From positions 41,478,001-41,542,000 of the forward strand of contig NC_091985.1 of assembly GCF_044704955.1 (NCBI RefSeq): a stretch of 64,000 bases of DNA, in the 5' to 3' direction. The position numbers and the translations under genes are program-made. Source of the DNA: Pristiophorus japonicus. Its lineage: Eukaryota. Shown one piece after another: positions 35,860 through 49,379 of the stretch (the first letter of the stretch is position 1; each line of letters begins with the position of its first letter). The notes beneath the pieces are model-generated. The model was not told the DNA's origin and did no database searches. It was given only the letters and a program-made list of their open reading frames with translations.

Positions 35860-37172
35860 GCGGGGGGATTTTAACCCTAGCTCAGCAGAAACCTGGTGGG
35901 TGGGTGGGCAGTTAAAATTGCCCTGGCTCTTGCCTGTTCGAAAGCCCCAATAATCGCAACATCAGCAAGTTTAACCTGCTTTCCTGACCAGGCAGCAAGG
36001 ACACATGCCCAGAGCCTTTTTACAGGGTTCTTTTTACATATGCATCATCATAGGCAGTCCTTCGGAATTGAGGAAGACTTGCTTCCACTCCTAAAGTGAG
36101 TCCTTTGGTGGCTGAACAGTCCAATGCGAGAGCCACAGACCCTGTCACAGGTGGGACCGACATTTGTCGGGGGAAAGGGGAGTAGGATTGATTTGCCACA
36201 TGCTTCTTCTGCTGCCTGCGCCTGACCTCTTCACGCTCGCGGTGTTGAGATTCGAAGAGCTCAGCGCCCTCCCAGATGCACTTTCACCAGCTAGGGTGGT
36301 CTTTGGCCAGGGACTCCCAGGTGTCAATGGTGATGTCGCCCTTTACAGGGAGGCTTTGAGGGTGTCCTTGTAATGTTTCCGCTACCCACCTTTGGCTCGT
36401 TTGCTGTGAAGGAGCTCCGCATAGAGCAATTGTTTAGGGAACTTCGTGTCTGGCATGCGAACTATGTGGCCTGTCCAGCGAAGCTGATCGCGTGTGGTCA
36501 GTGCTTCAATGCTGAGAATGTTAGGCTGGGCGAGGACACTAATGTTGGTGCACCTGTCCTCCCAGGGGATTTGCAGGATCTTGCAGAGACATCATTGGTG
36601 ATATATCTCCAGCAACTTGAGGTGTCTTCTGTACATCGTCCATATCTCTGATCCATACAGAAGAGCGGGTGTTATTACAGCCCTGTAGACCATGAGCTTG
36701 GTGGTAGATTTGAGGGCCTGGTTTTCGAACACACTTTTCCTCAGGTGGCCAGGGACTCCCAGGTGTCAGTGGTGATGTCGCACTTTACCAGGGAGGCTTT
36801 GAGGGTGTCCTTGTAACGTTTCCGCTGCCCACCTTTGGCTCGTTTGCCGTGAAGGAGCTCCGCATAGAGCAATTGTTTAGGGACTCTGGCGCACTGGAGG
36901 CGATGTTGAATCTCCGCATCAATGTCTGCCATTATTGATAAAAGGTTCCTGAGGTATGGGAAGTGGTCCACGTTGTCGAGGGCCAAGCCGTGAATCTTGA
37001 TGACTGGGGGGCATTGCTGTGCGGCGAGGACAGGCTGGTGGGAGGACCTTTGTCTTACGGATGTTAAACGTTAAGCGTTCTGAATGTTGCAGCCCAATGA
37101 CATCATTGAGATCCGACTGTAATTTTAACTCTGGCCTGAGTGGGGAATCTACCTGGAGTTAAAATCGGGGCT
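35860..37172. mobile_element. MITE-like element split by an RTE insertion
   Basis: Termini gattttaac and gttaaaatc flank the RTE fragment. Confidence 0.45.
36043..37070 (-). mobile_element. RTE LINE 3' fragment with an internal templated duplication
   Basis: catcatcataggcagtcc tail; minus ORF ALDNVDHFPYL..IQHRLQCA..PKQLLYAEL..GGQRKRYKDTLK. Confidence 0.9.
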
Positions 37173-38225
37173 TAAAGCTTCTGTGATACTCGTGGGGAAT
37201 GAGTGCGGTATTAGCCACACAGTCATGGATGGAATGAGCATGAGCAGATAGTCGAAGAATAATTGGATTATTTTAAAAGAGAAAATGTTGATGTTTCAAG
37301 GTGTTGGAAAGATATTCTGAAATTAAAATCATGTGGAAAATAAAAAATATCAAAGTGGGAAGTGTGGGATTATGAAAGGTGTTGGGGATTTGAAATGAAA
37401 AATACTGAGTCCAGAGAGAAATGGAACATATATAGAACATGTTACGCAGGAAAACCATTAAAGTGAACCGTATAAATGGGTACAGGAAGCAATTGGACAT
37501 GCTTGTGAGGAGACAAGAAATTGAGGGATACAGTGAGAAGAGAGGTTGATCAATGAAGAAGGGTGGCCGACTGACTTCAATAACTTTCAGTGCCTTAATA
37601 TTATTATTATTCAAGGGGAAAAGTTGCTGCTGCTTTGCCCAAGGACAAGTCTTGGGTTAGAAATGGAGTAGTTTATGTCCTGAATATAATTCAATATCAT
37701 CACACAAAATTCTCACTGAAAATGAAAGAAGCTATGAAGTTATCCAAAATGTAACATTTGCTTGCTGTAGAAGGATAATTATGTGAATAGTATCAGTACA
37801 TTTTATCTGTCAATCTTTTGAGACTATATGCCACAAAAGATAGAATTATGAAAACTGTTATGATCACTTTGTTTATATTTTCTTTTTTTGTGTTCGAAAA
37901 AGAGGATCGAATGTGCAACAGTCCCAGACGTGATCCTTTAATCCTTCATGTTTTTTTAAAATTACCTTCTTACCTACATCTTGTTGCCTTTACTGTCCTT
38001 GGTGTGCGTTACACACAATGATCAAGTAAAATCTAAATATATGTATGTAAAGCAGGAAGTAATTCGGGGGAAAGGAATCCCTATCAGACAGTCTGTTCTA
38101 GCAGTAATATCATAACTTGCCATTTGAATTTCTGCTTTCCAGCTTGCTGCAGGTCTTCCATTGTATTATATAATTATTATCTGATAATTAGCTTCATTGA
38201 ACTCTGGTTTTGGATCAGTTCTGCT

Positions 38226-40800
38226 TAGTGAATTGGCCTCAACTACTTTCTGTGGTAGAGAATTCCACAGGTTCACCACTCTCTGGGTGAAGATGTTTCT
38301 CCTCATCTCGGTCCTAAATGGCTTACCCCTTATCCTTAGACTGTGACCCCTGGTTCTGGACTTCCCCAACATCGGGAACATTCTTCCTGCATCTAACCTG
38401 TCTAAACCCGTCAGAATTTTAAACGTTTCTATGAGGTCCCCTCTCATTCTTCTGAACTCCAGTGAATACAAGCCCAGTTGATCCAGTCTTTCTTGATAGG
38501 TCAGTCCCACCATCCCAGGAATCAGTCTGGTGAATCTTCGCTGCACTCCCTCAATAGCAAGAATGTCCTTCCTCAGGTTAGGAGACCAAAACTGTGCACA
38601 ATATGCCAGGTGTGACCTCACCAAGGCCCTGTACAACTGTAGCAACACCTCCCTGCCCCTGTACTCAAATCCTCTCGCTATGAAGGCCAACATGCCATTT
38701 TCTTTCTTAACCTGCAGTACCTGCATGCCAACCTTCAATGACTGATGTACCATGACACCCAGGTCTCGTTGCACCTCCCCTTTTCCTAATCTGTCACCAT
38801 TCAGATAATAGTCTGTCTCTGTTTTTACCACCAAAGTGGATAACCTCACATTTATCCACATTACACTTCATCTGCCATGCATTTGCCCACTTACCTAACC
38901 TATCCAAGTCACTCTGCAGCCTCATAGCATCCTCCTCGCAGCTCACACTGCCACCCAACTTAGTGTCATCCGCAAATTTGGAGATACTACATTTAATCCC
39001 CTCGTCTAAATCATTAATGTACAATGTAAACAGCTGGGGCCCCAGCACAGAACCTTGCGGTACCCCACTAGTCACTGCCTGCCATTCTGAAAAGTCCCCA
39101 TTTACTCCTACTCTTTGCTTCCTGTCTGACAACCAGTTCTCAATCCACGTCAGCACACTACCCCCAATCCCATGTGCTTTAACTTTGCACATTAATCTCT
39201 TGTGTGGGACCTTGTCGAAAGCCTTCTGAAAGTCCAAATATACCACATCAACTGGTTCTCCCTTGTCCACTTTACTGGAAACATCCTCAAATAATTCCAG
39301 AAGGTTTGTCAAGCATGGTTTCCCTTTCACAAAATCCATGCTGACTTGGACCTATCATGTCACCATTTTCCAAATGCACTGCTATGACATCCTTAATAAT
39401 CGATTCCATCATTTTACCCACTACCGAGGTCAGGCTGACCGGTCTATAATTCCCTGTTTTCTCTCTCCCTCCTTTTTTAAAAAGTGGGGTTGCATTGGCT
39501 ACCCTCCACTCGATAGGAACTGATCCAGAGTCAATGGAATGTTGGAAAATGACTGTCAATGCATCCGCTATTTCCAAGGCCACCTCCTTAAGTACTCTCT
39601 GATGCAGTCCATCAGGCCCTGGGGAATTATCGGCCTTCAATCCCATCAATTTCCCCAACACAATTTCCTGACTAATAAAGATTTCTCTCAGTTCCCCCTC
39701 CTTACTCGACCCTCTGACCCCTTTTATATCCGGAAGGTTGTTTGTGTCCTCCTTGGTGAATACCGAACCAAAGTACTTGTTCAATTGGTCTGCCATTTCT
39801 TTGTTCCCCGTTATGACTTCCCCTGATTCTGACTGCAGGGGACCTACGTTTATCTTTACTAACATTTTTCTCTTTACATACCTATAGAAACTTTTGCAAT
39901 CCGTCTTAATGTTCCCTGCAAGCTTCTTCTCGTACTCCATTTTCCCTGCCCTAATCTGGCCAATTTGTATGCCACTTCCTTGGCTTTAATACTATCCCTG
40001 ATTTCCCTTGATAGCCACGGTTGAGCCGCCTTCCTTTTTTTATTTTTACGCCAGACAGGAATGTACAATTGTTGTAGTTCATCCATGCGGTCTCTAAATG
40101 TCTGCCATTGCCCATCCACAGTCAACCCCTTAAGTATCATTCGCCAATCTACCCTAGCCAATTCACGCCTCATATCTTCAAAGTTACCCTTCTTTAAGTT
40201 CTGGACCATGGTCTCTGAATTAACTGTTTCATTCTCCATCCTAATGCAGAATTCCACCATATTATGGTCACTCTTCCCCAAGGGGCCTCGCACAATGAGA
40301 TTGCTAATTAATCCTCTCTCATTACACAACACCAAGTCTAAGATGGCCTCCCCCCTAGTTGGTTCCTCGACATATTTGTCTAGAAAACCATTCCTTATGC
40401 ACTCCAGGAAATCCTCCTCCACTGTATTGCTTCCAGTTTGGCTCGCCCAATCTATGTGCATATTAAAGTCACCCATTATAACTGCTGCACCTTTATTGCA
40501 TGCACCCCTAATTTCCTGTTTGATACCCTCCCCAACATCACTACTACTGTTTGGAGGTCTGTACACAACTCCCACTAACATTTTTTGCCTTTTGGTGTTC
40601 TGCAGCTCTACCCATATAGATTCCACATCATCCAAGCTAATGTCTTTCCTAACTATTGCATTAATCTTCTCTTTAACCAGCAATGCTACCCCACCTCCTT
40701 TTCCTTTTATTCTATCCTCCCTGAATGTTGAATACCCTTGGATGTTGAGTTCCCAGCCCTGATCATCCTGGAGCCACGTCTCCGTAATCCCAATCACATC
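38226..40800 (-). mobile_element. CR1 LINE ORF2, relatively young, lacking the 3' tail, with a small internal deletion near 39955
   Basis: Long minus ORFs of 307, 217, 181 and 231 aa with EN and RT motifs; very similar to 49380-51361. Confidence 0.95.
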
Positions 40801-40804
40801 ATTT

Positions 40805-41175
40805 TTGCCCCTTCACTGGAAGTTAATTCTGCGTGTTGATCACTCTTTGTGAAGATGAATTTCTTGACTTCAGTCCTAAAATTATCTTTTACTAAGTTGA
40901 ACTTGGTTCTTAACGCACAGTTTAATTAAAAGTAATATTTAGGGTTAACTTTTTAATAGCCTGTAACAATCTTGTATACTTCTTAAGTTTACCTCCCAGA
41001 CATTTCCTTTCCAAGCTTAAAAAGCCCCTAGTCTTTCCGTATAACTTCGACCATTGACAAATCGGCCTCAAGGCTATTTTCTGCCCTGCCTACTCTGCTT
41101 GAATATCTCGCTCATTTCTTAGTAACCAGAACTGGATGCAATATTCCAGGTGTGGTCTAACCAGCGCACTACATT
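40805..41175 (-). mobile_element. Old CR1 fragment
   Basis: ccagaactggatgcaatattccaggtgtggtctaacc is the antisense of VRPHLEYCIQFW. Confidence 0.65.
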
Positions 41176-41269
41176 CTCTAACATATGCTCATTAAACTTT
41201 TTAATACTCCGATTGCTGCTTGTTTTCCACTTTCGGCAATGTTTCACAGCTGCACAGTTTAGAAATATA

Positions 41270-42357
41270 GGGCCCCACTTTGGCCATGACTTGCATCAAT
41301 TTTTTTGGAGTAATTGTTTTTTGGCGTAAGTTTTAAAAAATGCCATTTTCCCCAACAAATTTGCTCTAGAGTAAGTCAGTTAGGTACGATTTTTTTTTTA
41401 GGTACGTTTTTTTTCAGAAAGGGGCGTTCCCAGACACTTACGCCAGTGTTGGCCATTTATGCCACTTTGGCCAGCAAAAACTTACTCCAAATCGACTTAA
41501 GTCAGCATATGTGGCCAGCTCTGAAAAATCTTGCGTGCAGTGAAGAAAAAGCAGCGCACATTCGGCAGACATTAGGGCAGTGATAGGGGAGGGAAGGGAA
41601 CTGGAGAGGATCTCAACAACCAAGCACCAAACTTTGCAAGGAAGAGCTCAAACAATTAAAATAATAATAAAATTGAAGTAAATCCTACCGCGATGTCACC
41701 GGAGGGGGGGCCGCTACACAGAGCGACCGGAGAAATGCAAGCTGCTGGAAGCGATGTCACCGGGGACGGGGGGGGGGAACGGTAGCCAGAGAGAGAGATA
41801 TAGATACTGGTTTACAAATGCTCTTTCTCCCTCTTTCCCCATTCCCCCCCCCCCCCCCCCAACACCACCAAAACACACTTTCTCCCCCCCCCCCCCCTAC
41901 AAAAAAAACACTTTTTCGCTCCCCCACCGCCCCCCCCAAAAAGAAACTCTTCTCCCCCCACCCCAATCAAAACTCTCAAGCACAACCAATAAATAAAAAA
42001 TAAAACCAAAGTCATACCTCGCCCAGGAACTCAGTGGGCTAGCCGGCCAGTGCGGGAGGCCACTTGGCCGGGGATAAGGTGCGGCAAGATCAGGGCATCC
42101 CTTCAGCTGTGGGGATAGGGACTGTGAGCACTGGGTCCTGCTCACAGCCCACAGGACATGCTGGGAGGGTGGGAGCATGCGCGCAGGTGCCGGCACTGTT
42201 TTCGTTGCTGGTCTGTTGCTCCGCCCCCCCACTTCAGAATGCACGCCACTCCAGTGACTCGGAAGAGCGGCCAGGATGGGGCCCCTTTTTTCCAGCACGC
42301 AAAGTCGCTGCACTTAAGTTAAGTGAAGCGTAAAAGGGGTTGGACCAAGCTGGGCCC
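41270..42357. mobile_element. Non-coding Harbinger-type element (about 1.1 kb), related to 9527-12064, TSD ATA
   Basis: gggccc termini; ata at 41267-41269 and 42358-42360; the left arm shares ttttttggagtaa, gtaagtcag..ttaggt, aaagggg.cgt, ttggccagc and atgtggcca with 9527-9830. Confidence 0.8.
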
Positions 42358-42579
42358 ATACTCTCTTTATAAAAAATGTTTTTAAACTTGTTATGTTATT
42401 TTATTTGAGACAAACTTGTGGAATGAATGATTAAAGGGTTTATCAACTGTCACTTTTTGATAATCTTCGGACATCCTTAATCACAGCAATTCTTTGTGTT
42501 CATCAAGGTGAAGAATGTTGGCACAACACTTTAAATTTCAAGCAAAAAGTGTCTATAAAGTCCATTGTCATGTATTTTT

Positions 42580-45500
42580 AAACCCTTCTCCCAGTCATTG
42601 TCTCCCTTACCTCCGACAATAAGTGTGAGGAGTTCATGGACTTCTTTGACTCTAAGATTGAGACCATCCATTCAGCTGCCTCTGCGTCTTCCCTTCCTTC
42701 CCCTAGCCCACCGGGCCAAACTTCTTCTAAGGAAGCCCCCCTGCCCTATCCCTGACCTCACATCTTTCTCCAGTTTCTCTCCGATCACCTCGCTCGGCCT
42801 TTCCGAGCTCATCCTGTCCATGAGATCCATTTCCTGCTCCCTTGCCCCTATTCCCTCCAAACTACTGACCACTCAACTTCCTTTTCTGGCTCTCATGTTA
42901 GCTAACATTGTTAACGGTTCTCTCTCCTCAGGTACTGTCCCCCTCTCCCTCAAATCTGCTGTCATTACCCCTCTCCTCAAAAAAAACCCCTCGATCCCTC
43001 TGTCCTGACAAACTACCACCCCTTTTCCAACCTCCCTTTCCCCTCCAAAGTCCTTGAATATGTTGTCACCTTCCAAATCCGTGCCCAACTTTCCCGCAAT
43101 TCCATGTTTGAATCCCTCCAATCCGGATTCCCGCGCCTGCCACAGTACCAAAGCGGCACATCAAAGTCAGAAATAACATAATTTGTGACTGTGACAAAGG
43201 CAAATTACCCCTCTTCTTTCTTTTTGACTTGTCTGCAGCCTTTGACATGGTTGACCACTCTATCCTTCTCCAATGTCATCTAGTTGGGTGGGACTGCACT
43301 TGCCTGGTTCCATAGAAACATAGAAAATAGGTGCAGGAGTAGGCCATTCGGCCTCTCGAGCCTGCACCGCCATTCAATAAGATCATGGCCGATCATTCCC
43401 TCAGTACCCCCTTCCTGCTTTCTCTCCATACCCCTTGATCCCCTTAGCCGTAAGGGCCATATCTAACTCCTTCTTGAATATATCCAATGAACTGGCATCA
43501 ACAACTCTCTGTGGCAGGGGATTCCATAGGTTAACAACTCTCTGAGTGAAGAAGTTTCTCCTCATCTCAGTCCTAAATGGCCAACCCCTTATCCTAAGAC
43601 TATGTCCCCTGGTTCTGGACTTCCCCAACATCGGGAACATTCTTCCCACATCTAACCTGTCCAGTCCCATCAGAATCTTATACGTTCTATGAGATCCCCT
43701 CTCATCCTTCTAAACTCCAGTGAATAAAAGCCCAATTGATCCAGTCTCTCCTCATATGACAGTCCAGCCATCCCTGGAATCAGTCTGGTGAACCTTCGCT
43801 ACACTCCCTCAATAGCAGGAACGTCCTTCCTCAGATTAGGAGACCAAAACTGAACACAATATTCCAGGTGGGGCCTCACTAAGACACTGTACAATTGCAG
43901 TAAGACCTCCCTGCTCCTATATTCAAATCCCCTAGCTATGAAGGCCAACATACCATTTGCCTTCTTTACCGCCTGCTGTACCTGCGTGCCCACTTTCACT
44001 GACTGATGAACCATGACACCCAGGTCTCGTTGCACCTCCCATTTTCCTAATCTGCCGCCATTCAGATAATCTGCCTTTGTGTTTTTGCCCCCAAAATGGA
44101 TAACCTCACATTTATCCACATTGTACTGCATCTGCCATGCATTTGCCCACTCACCTAACCTGTCTAAGTCACCCTGCAGCCTTTTAACGTCCTCCTCACA
44201 GCTCACACTGCCACGCAGTTTAGTGTCATCCACAGACTTGGAGATATTACACTCAATTCCTTCATCTAAATCATTAATGTATATTGTAAAGAGCTGGGGT
44301 CCCAGCACTGAGCCCTGCAGCACTCTACTAGTCACTGCCGGCCATTCTGAAAAGGACCCGTTTATCCCGACTCTCTGCTTCCTGTCTGCCAACCAGTTCT
44401 CTATCCACGTCAGTACATTACCCCCAATACCATGCGCTTTGATTTTGCACACCAATCTCTTGTGCAGAACCTTGTGAAAAGCCTTTTGAAAGTCCAAATA
44501 CACAACATCCACTGGTTCTCCCTTGTCCACTCTGCTAGTTACATCCTCAAAAAAACTCCACTGTCACTGCTTTCCAAATGCGTGCTATTTCATCCTTAAT
44601 GATTGATTCCAACACTTTCCCCACGACTTACCTACCTAATCGTAGCCAGAGAATCACTTTCAACAGCTTCTCTTCCCGCCCTCACATTGATACATCTGGT
44701 GTCCCCCAAGGATCTATCCTTGGCCCCCTCCTATTTCTCATCTACATGTTGCCCCTTGGCGACATCATCCAAAAACACTGCATCAGTTTCCACATATATG
44801 CTGATGAGACACAGCTCTACCTCAATACCACTTCTCTCGACCCCTCCAATGTCTCTAAATTGTCAGACTGTTTGTCCAACATCCAGCTCTGGATGAGCAG
44901 AAATTTTCTCCAATTGAATATTGGGAAGACCGAGGCCATTGTGGGTTCCCAACACAAACTCCGTTCCCTAGCCACTGACTCCCATCCCTCTCCCCAACTT
45001 CAGTCTGAGGCTGAACCAGGCTGTTCGCAAACTTGGTATCATATTTGACCCTGAAATGAGCTTTCAACCACATATCCGCAGCATAAGTAAGACTGCCTAT
45101 TTGCACCTCTGTAACCGCCCTTGCCTCAGCTCATCCGTTGCTGAAACCCTCATCCATGCCTTTGTTATCCCTAGACTTGACTATTCCAACGCATTCCTGG
45201 CTGGCCTCCGACATTCTACCCTACGTAACCTAGAGGTGATCCAAAACTCAGCTGCCTGTGTCCTGACTCGTACCAAGTCCCGCTCACCTATCACCCCTGT
45301 GCTCACTGACCTACATTGGCTTCCGGTTAAGCAACGCCTCGATTTCAAAATTCTCATCCTTATTTTCAAATCCCGCCATAGCCTCGCCCCTCCCTATCTC
45401 TGTAATCTCCTCCAGCCCCACAAGCCCTCGAGATGTCTGTGCTCCTCTAATTCTGTCGTCCTGAGCATCCCTGGTTATAATCGATCAAACATTGGTGGCT

Positions 45501-45735
45501 AGGCCCTAAGCTCTGGCACGCCCTGTCTACACCTCTCCACCTCTCTACCTCTCTTTCCTCCTCCAAGACGCTCCTTAAAACCTACCTCTTTAACCAAGCT
45601 TTGGGTCACCTGCACTTATTTCTACTTATGCGGCTCGGTGTCAAATTGTTTTATCTCCTAATACTTCTGTGATGCGCCTTGGGACGTTTCACTACATAAA
45701 AGATGCTATATAAATACAAGTTGCTGTTGTTAGCA
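42580..45735 (+). mobile_element. L2 LINE, 5'-truncated, split by the CR1 at 43311-44626
   Basis: PIPSKLLTTQLPFL..KSAVITPLLKK, DLSAAFD, GVPQGSILGPLLFLIYMLPLG, LIHAFV.PRLDYSNA and PITPVL.DLHWLPV; tail gctatataaatacaagttg. Confidence 0.92.
43311..44626 (-). mobile_element. CR1 LINE 3' fragment nested in L2
   Basis: catagaaacatagaaaatagg tail; 243-aa RT ORF; the L2 sequence gcctggttccat rejoins cttacctacctaatcg. Confidence 0.93.
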
Positions 45736-46419
45736 ACAGTTTTGTTCCAAACCAAAACCATTAATCTCTTTAATATTTTTGCCAATTTAGAAGATGGATT
45801 TAAACAGCCCAAACTCCTAACTTTCAAATGTGCACCCTGTGTTTCAGACTCATTTACAGCTTTTAAAGTTCCCACTTCTTTTCTGATTGTCCTCTTACTG
45901 CTATTATTAAAGTAGAGTCTTCAGCTGAATACTGCTGCTATTTTCTGATTTTTCTAATAATTGCACACCACTCATCCTCTAAAGGACCTAATTTAATATA
46001 GAACATAAAAGCTCTATCTTAAATAAAAGTTGTCTACTATGGAAATGGGTTAAGAAAAAAAAATCCCTTTTCAATATGATCAATCTTTGCGATGCCTCTT
46101 ATCTCTGCTAATGCTTACTTTAATTATCCACAATTGCCTTTATATGAATATCATTCCTCACTTTTTGTTGACCTCCTTGTTTAGCTACTTTGGTTGCGAG
46201 TTTGTTAGGTTTTACTTTTTACGTATCCTTAGTATAGTCTTTCAAGGTCCATTTTTCTAATTTATTTACACTTCACATTTGAACTTGAAAGAGTACAGAA
46301 GCAGACACACAACCTCAGTTTGTTACGAGGGCAGGTTGAGAAAAAAGCTTCAAGATGCTTATGAATTGACTAAATTGATTGATGCATTTCTGGAAAAAGA
46401 AGAAATTGAGAGATATAAT

Positions 46420-47125
46420 AGCATGGATTTTGCAGTCAACGGCGAACAAATGGCACCAGGTGTTCATTACACTGGAATTTGCGGTAATTAGAGAGCCAGA
46501 ACAGTGCAGTGCCCTCTACAGGGGACATGGCACCTCTGTGAAATGGGTAAGCAACTATGTATCTCCTTAACCAATCAGATTGAAGAATCTTTGCTGAGCC
46601 TTGCAGAGGCTAAACCAGGAAGTGTAAGTTAGAATAGTTAATTCAATGTCACATCATGTACATAAAATGAAATAAAAAGAGGGAGAAAAAATGGGATTAA
46701 GAGAGAGAGATACAAAAGATAAAGAAAAAGTTAAAAATATATATTAATTTTTAAATCTCCAATAATTAAAATCTGAAGGAATGAGACTCCATGCTTGTAG
46801 TGCCAGAGCGCTTGTTTGGCAGTAATTAAGACTTATCACGCCATAAAAAGCCACTTACACTTGAATGGACAAGCCCTAACTTATTCTGATGTGCGTAGTG
46901 AGTAAGTACAGCAATTTCACGTCGTTGCATGTATTTCAATGCTGAATCTCTTGGCGAGATACCGGTATAGCGAAGTTTCTGAAGGAGCAGGGTAGCTCGG
47001 CAGCAACTTTCTGATTTCCACGTTTAAAAGCGGTGTATTTGCTCTCATACTTGGTGCGGCCACGAGAAGTGGCTGTTCAATTAACTATTTAATAATGGTG
47101 AGCGCTGATACCCTTGCCATTATTC
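46420..47125. mobile_element. Degraded MITE-like element related to 48069-48859 (opposite orientation)
   Basis: Start ggattttgcagtcaacggcgaa resembles that element's terminus read on the - strand (agaatttgcggtcagcggtgaa); shares the ccaatca..gaatc..aaccagg.aagtg..taag block. Confidence 0.55.
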
Positions 47126-48068
47126 CTATTGTAATGTCATTTGTATTTGCAATCCTTCGCAGCTTCAAGTTTGCTTTTCCAAAATATTGTGGCTCTGTAT
47201 TGTTGGCCTTTGGCTTTTAAAATGTTAAATGCAATTATATATTGGCCTCTAATACTCTATTGCCTTGGCCAGTAGCACTATACATGCGATACCGCATCGG
47301 CTACTTATTATACGCTCTGCTTGATAGTTCATTTGAATTCAGGGCGGGGACGGGTATATTCGAGGCAGCTAATACGATACTGCCCGTTTAGCACCAATGC
47401 CCAAGACACATTTTAGACCCAATATGTTCGAGTGGACTGCCTAGTACTGCATCTGAAGCTTTTTTTCTCCTACTTGGTTTTGCATGTAGTTTTATGGAAT
47501 TGCTTGAAGCTCTGATTTTTTTTTTCTGGTTTCTCTGCTTTACCTCTAGATTATTAAAATCCCTGCAACATGTTAATTTCCTAAGCAGTTCCCATCTATA
47601 ATTGAGATTCAGCAGTACGTACCAATTATTGTATCCTGTAGTTTTTAAATTTTTACCCACATTTCTTTCCATTTGCTCTTTTATTCACTCCATTGACACA
47701 CACATTAATACCCTTATTAACAACAGTCCTCTACCTAATTTATAGGCATATTTTTCTGACACACAATATTTAGTGCATGTCGTAAATTTGATGTACCTAT
47801 ATATATATTAAAAAATGTTGGACGACGAGTGCCCAATACCATGGAGTGCTGGAATGTGGATATGCTTCACTAATCTGAGTTCCTAATTTTTCTAGTATTG
47901 AGACCAAGTGGAAGTGCCACTGAGTCATGTATGCATCTCCTAATAGTTAGAACAAGAGCAGTGTTTGATGGAGAGCCGAATTCATCTACGCCAGGAATTG
48001 CTTTGGGGATTCTTTGCCATAACATTGGTAACAGATCAGTGAAATCCATGGATAGACATGTTAACGAG

Positions 48069-48859
48069 GGCCCAGAATTTGCAGTCCTGAAGCTGCCAAA
48101 CTGGCTGCATTCACCATTACTTCACCTTTGAAACTGACCGCAACCTCAAAATTTTGCGCAGCCTCGCGCAGAAATCTGGAAGTTGTCATCTGTCATTCAC
48201 TGCTCCTCCACAGGCTGCGCTGTGCCCACAAACAACCCTCCCCCCCCCCCTCACCCCCACCCACCTCGATCCCACAAAGCCAGCAACCAGTGAAATCTGT
48301 CAAATCATGTAAACTGACACAAACTTTAGCTCTTCCACGGTAATATCCCATTAATTACCCCATTAAAAGTTAGACCCTTTTGGATTAAGTGTAACTGGAG
48401 TTTTAACAGTGTATTGACTGCTAAACAAAGGTTATGGCCCTGAAAAACGAATTTAAATTTTGTGGAGTGTCAAATATATCCATTTTAATTTAAAAAACAA
48501 AATTTTAAGACATTTTTTTTAAAAGTTAGTCCATCTTTATTTCAGGTTTGCCTTTTTCCCCAATTGAGAGACCCAATCTTTGTGTTGCTCTCTAGCATTT
48601 TTCAAAAGTTAAAATCAAAGGAGCTTACCCACTTGCCTGGTTCGCTGTCTGAGAATTCTGCTTTTTGATTGGCTGCTTCGACTGTTTGTTGATGGCACAG
48701 CAGCTCTTCGCTGGGAATCCAATTAATTTGCGTTGATTTCAATTTCACGTCGCAAAGCCCGAACTTCTCTCCACGGAGATCGCAAGATCTTTGTGAGTAG
48801 CTTTCTTACAGGCCAGCAACAAAGGCCTTTACTTCACCGCTGACCGCAAATTCTGGGCC
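48069..48859. mobile_element. MITE (about 790 bp) with 14-bp perfect TIRs
   Basis: ggcccagaatttgc (48069-48082) and gcaaattctgggcc (48846-48859); non-coding AT-rich centre. Confidence 0.82.
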
Positions 48860-49379
48860 AAGACACATTTACAGAGGCCAATCGTGAGAAGCCCCAAGAA
48901 AATACCCGGTGCCGCTCTCCCTCTCACTGGATGGTCCAGTAAGTCTAGAAAAGAGAGAAAATAGGAAAATATTTCTGAATCTTGATACCCTGTACGAAAA
49001 GCAAACTTTGAAAATAGGCAATGGAGATTTTTTTTTAAGAGAATGTACATTCAAATCATTAGCATGCAAGGCAAAAATTCTAGCTGTTTTGATTTCACTT
49101 TTGTCGAAGTAATATCTTGCCGTCTCCAATCTGTAGAGATGGTTACTAAAGAAAATAAGTGGTCAGCAGGGACTGTCAGATGGTGAGATTCCTGCAGTTG
49201 CATAGAAATAGGAGTTAGTCATCCATCCCCTCGATCCCGTTTCACCATTCAGTTAGATCATGGCTGATCTGTACTTCAACTCCATTTACCCCGCCTTTGT
49301 CTTAGAAATAAAAATAATCAGCTTGTTTCAATCACCAACTTGAGTATCCAACTTTTTATAACATGCCTGAAATTTCAGT

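Noticed and set aside
40061-40762. 233-aa + strand ORF, and similar ORFs at 15544, 32088, 44079 and 50828
   Set aside because: Antisense shadows of CR1 ORF2 that recur in each copy; not independent genes.
41754-42015. Pro-rich and Gly-rich ORFs (also 11779-12071)
   Set aside because: Produced by poly-C tracts inside non-autonomous transposons.
46279-46491. 70-aa ORF considered as a host exon
   Set aside because: No convincing splice sites. YEGRLRKKLQDAYEL resembles a Gypsy post-integrase remnant, and the ORF runs into a MITE.
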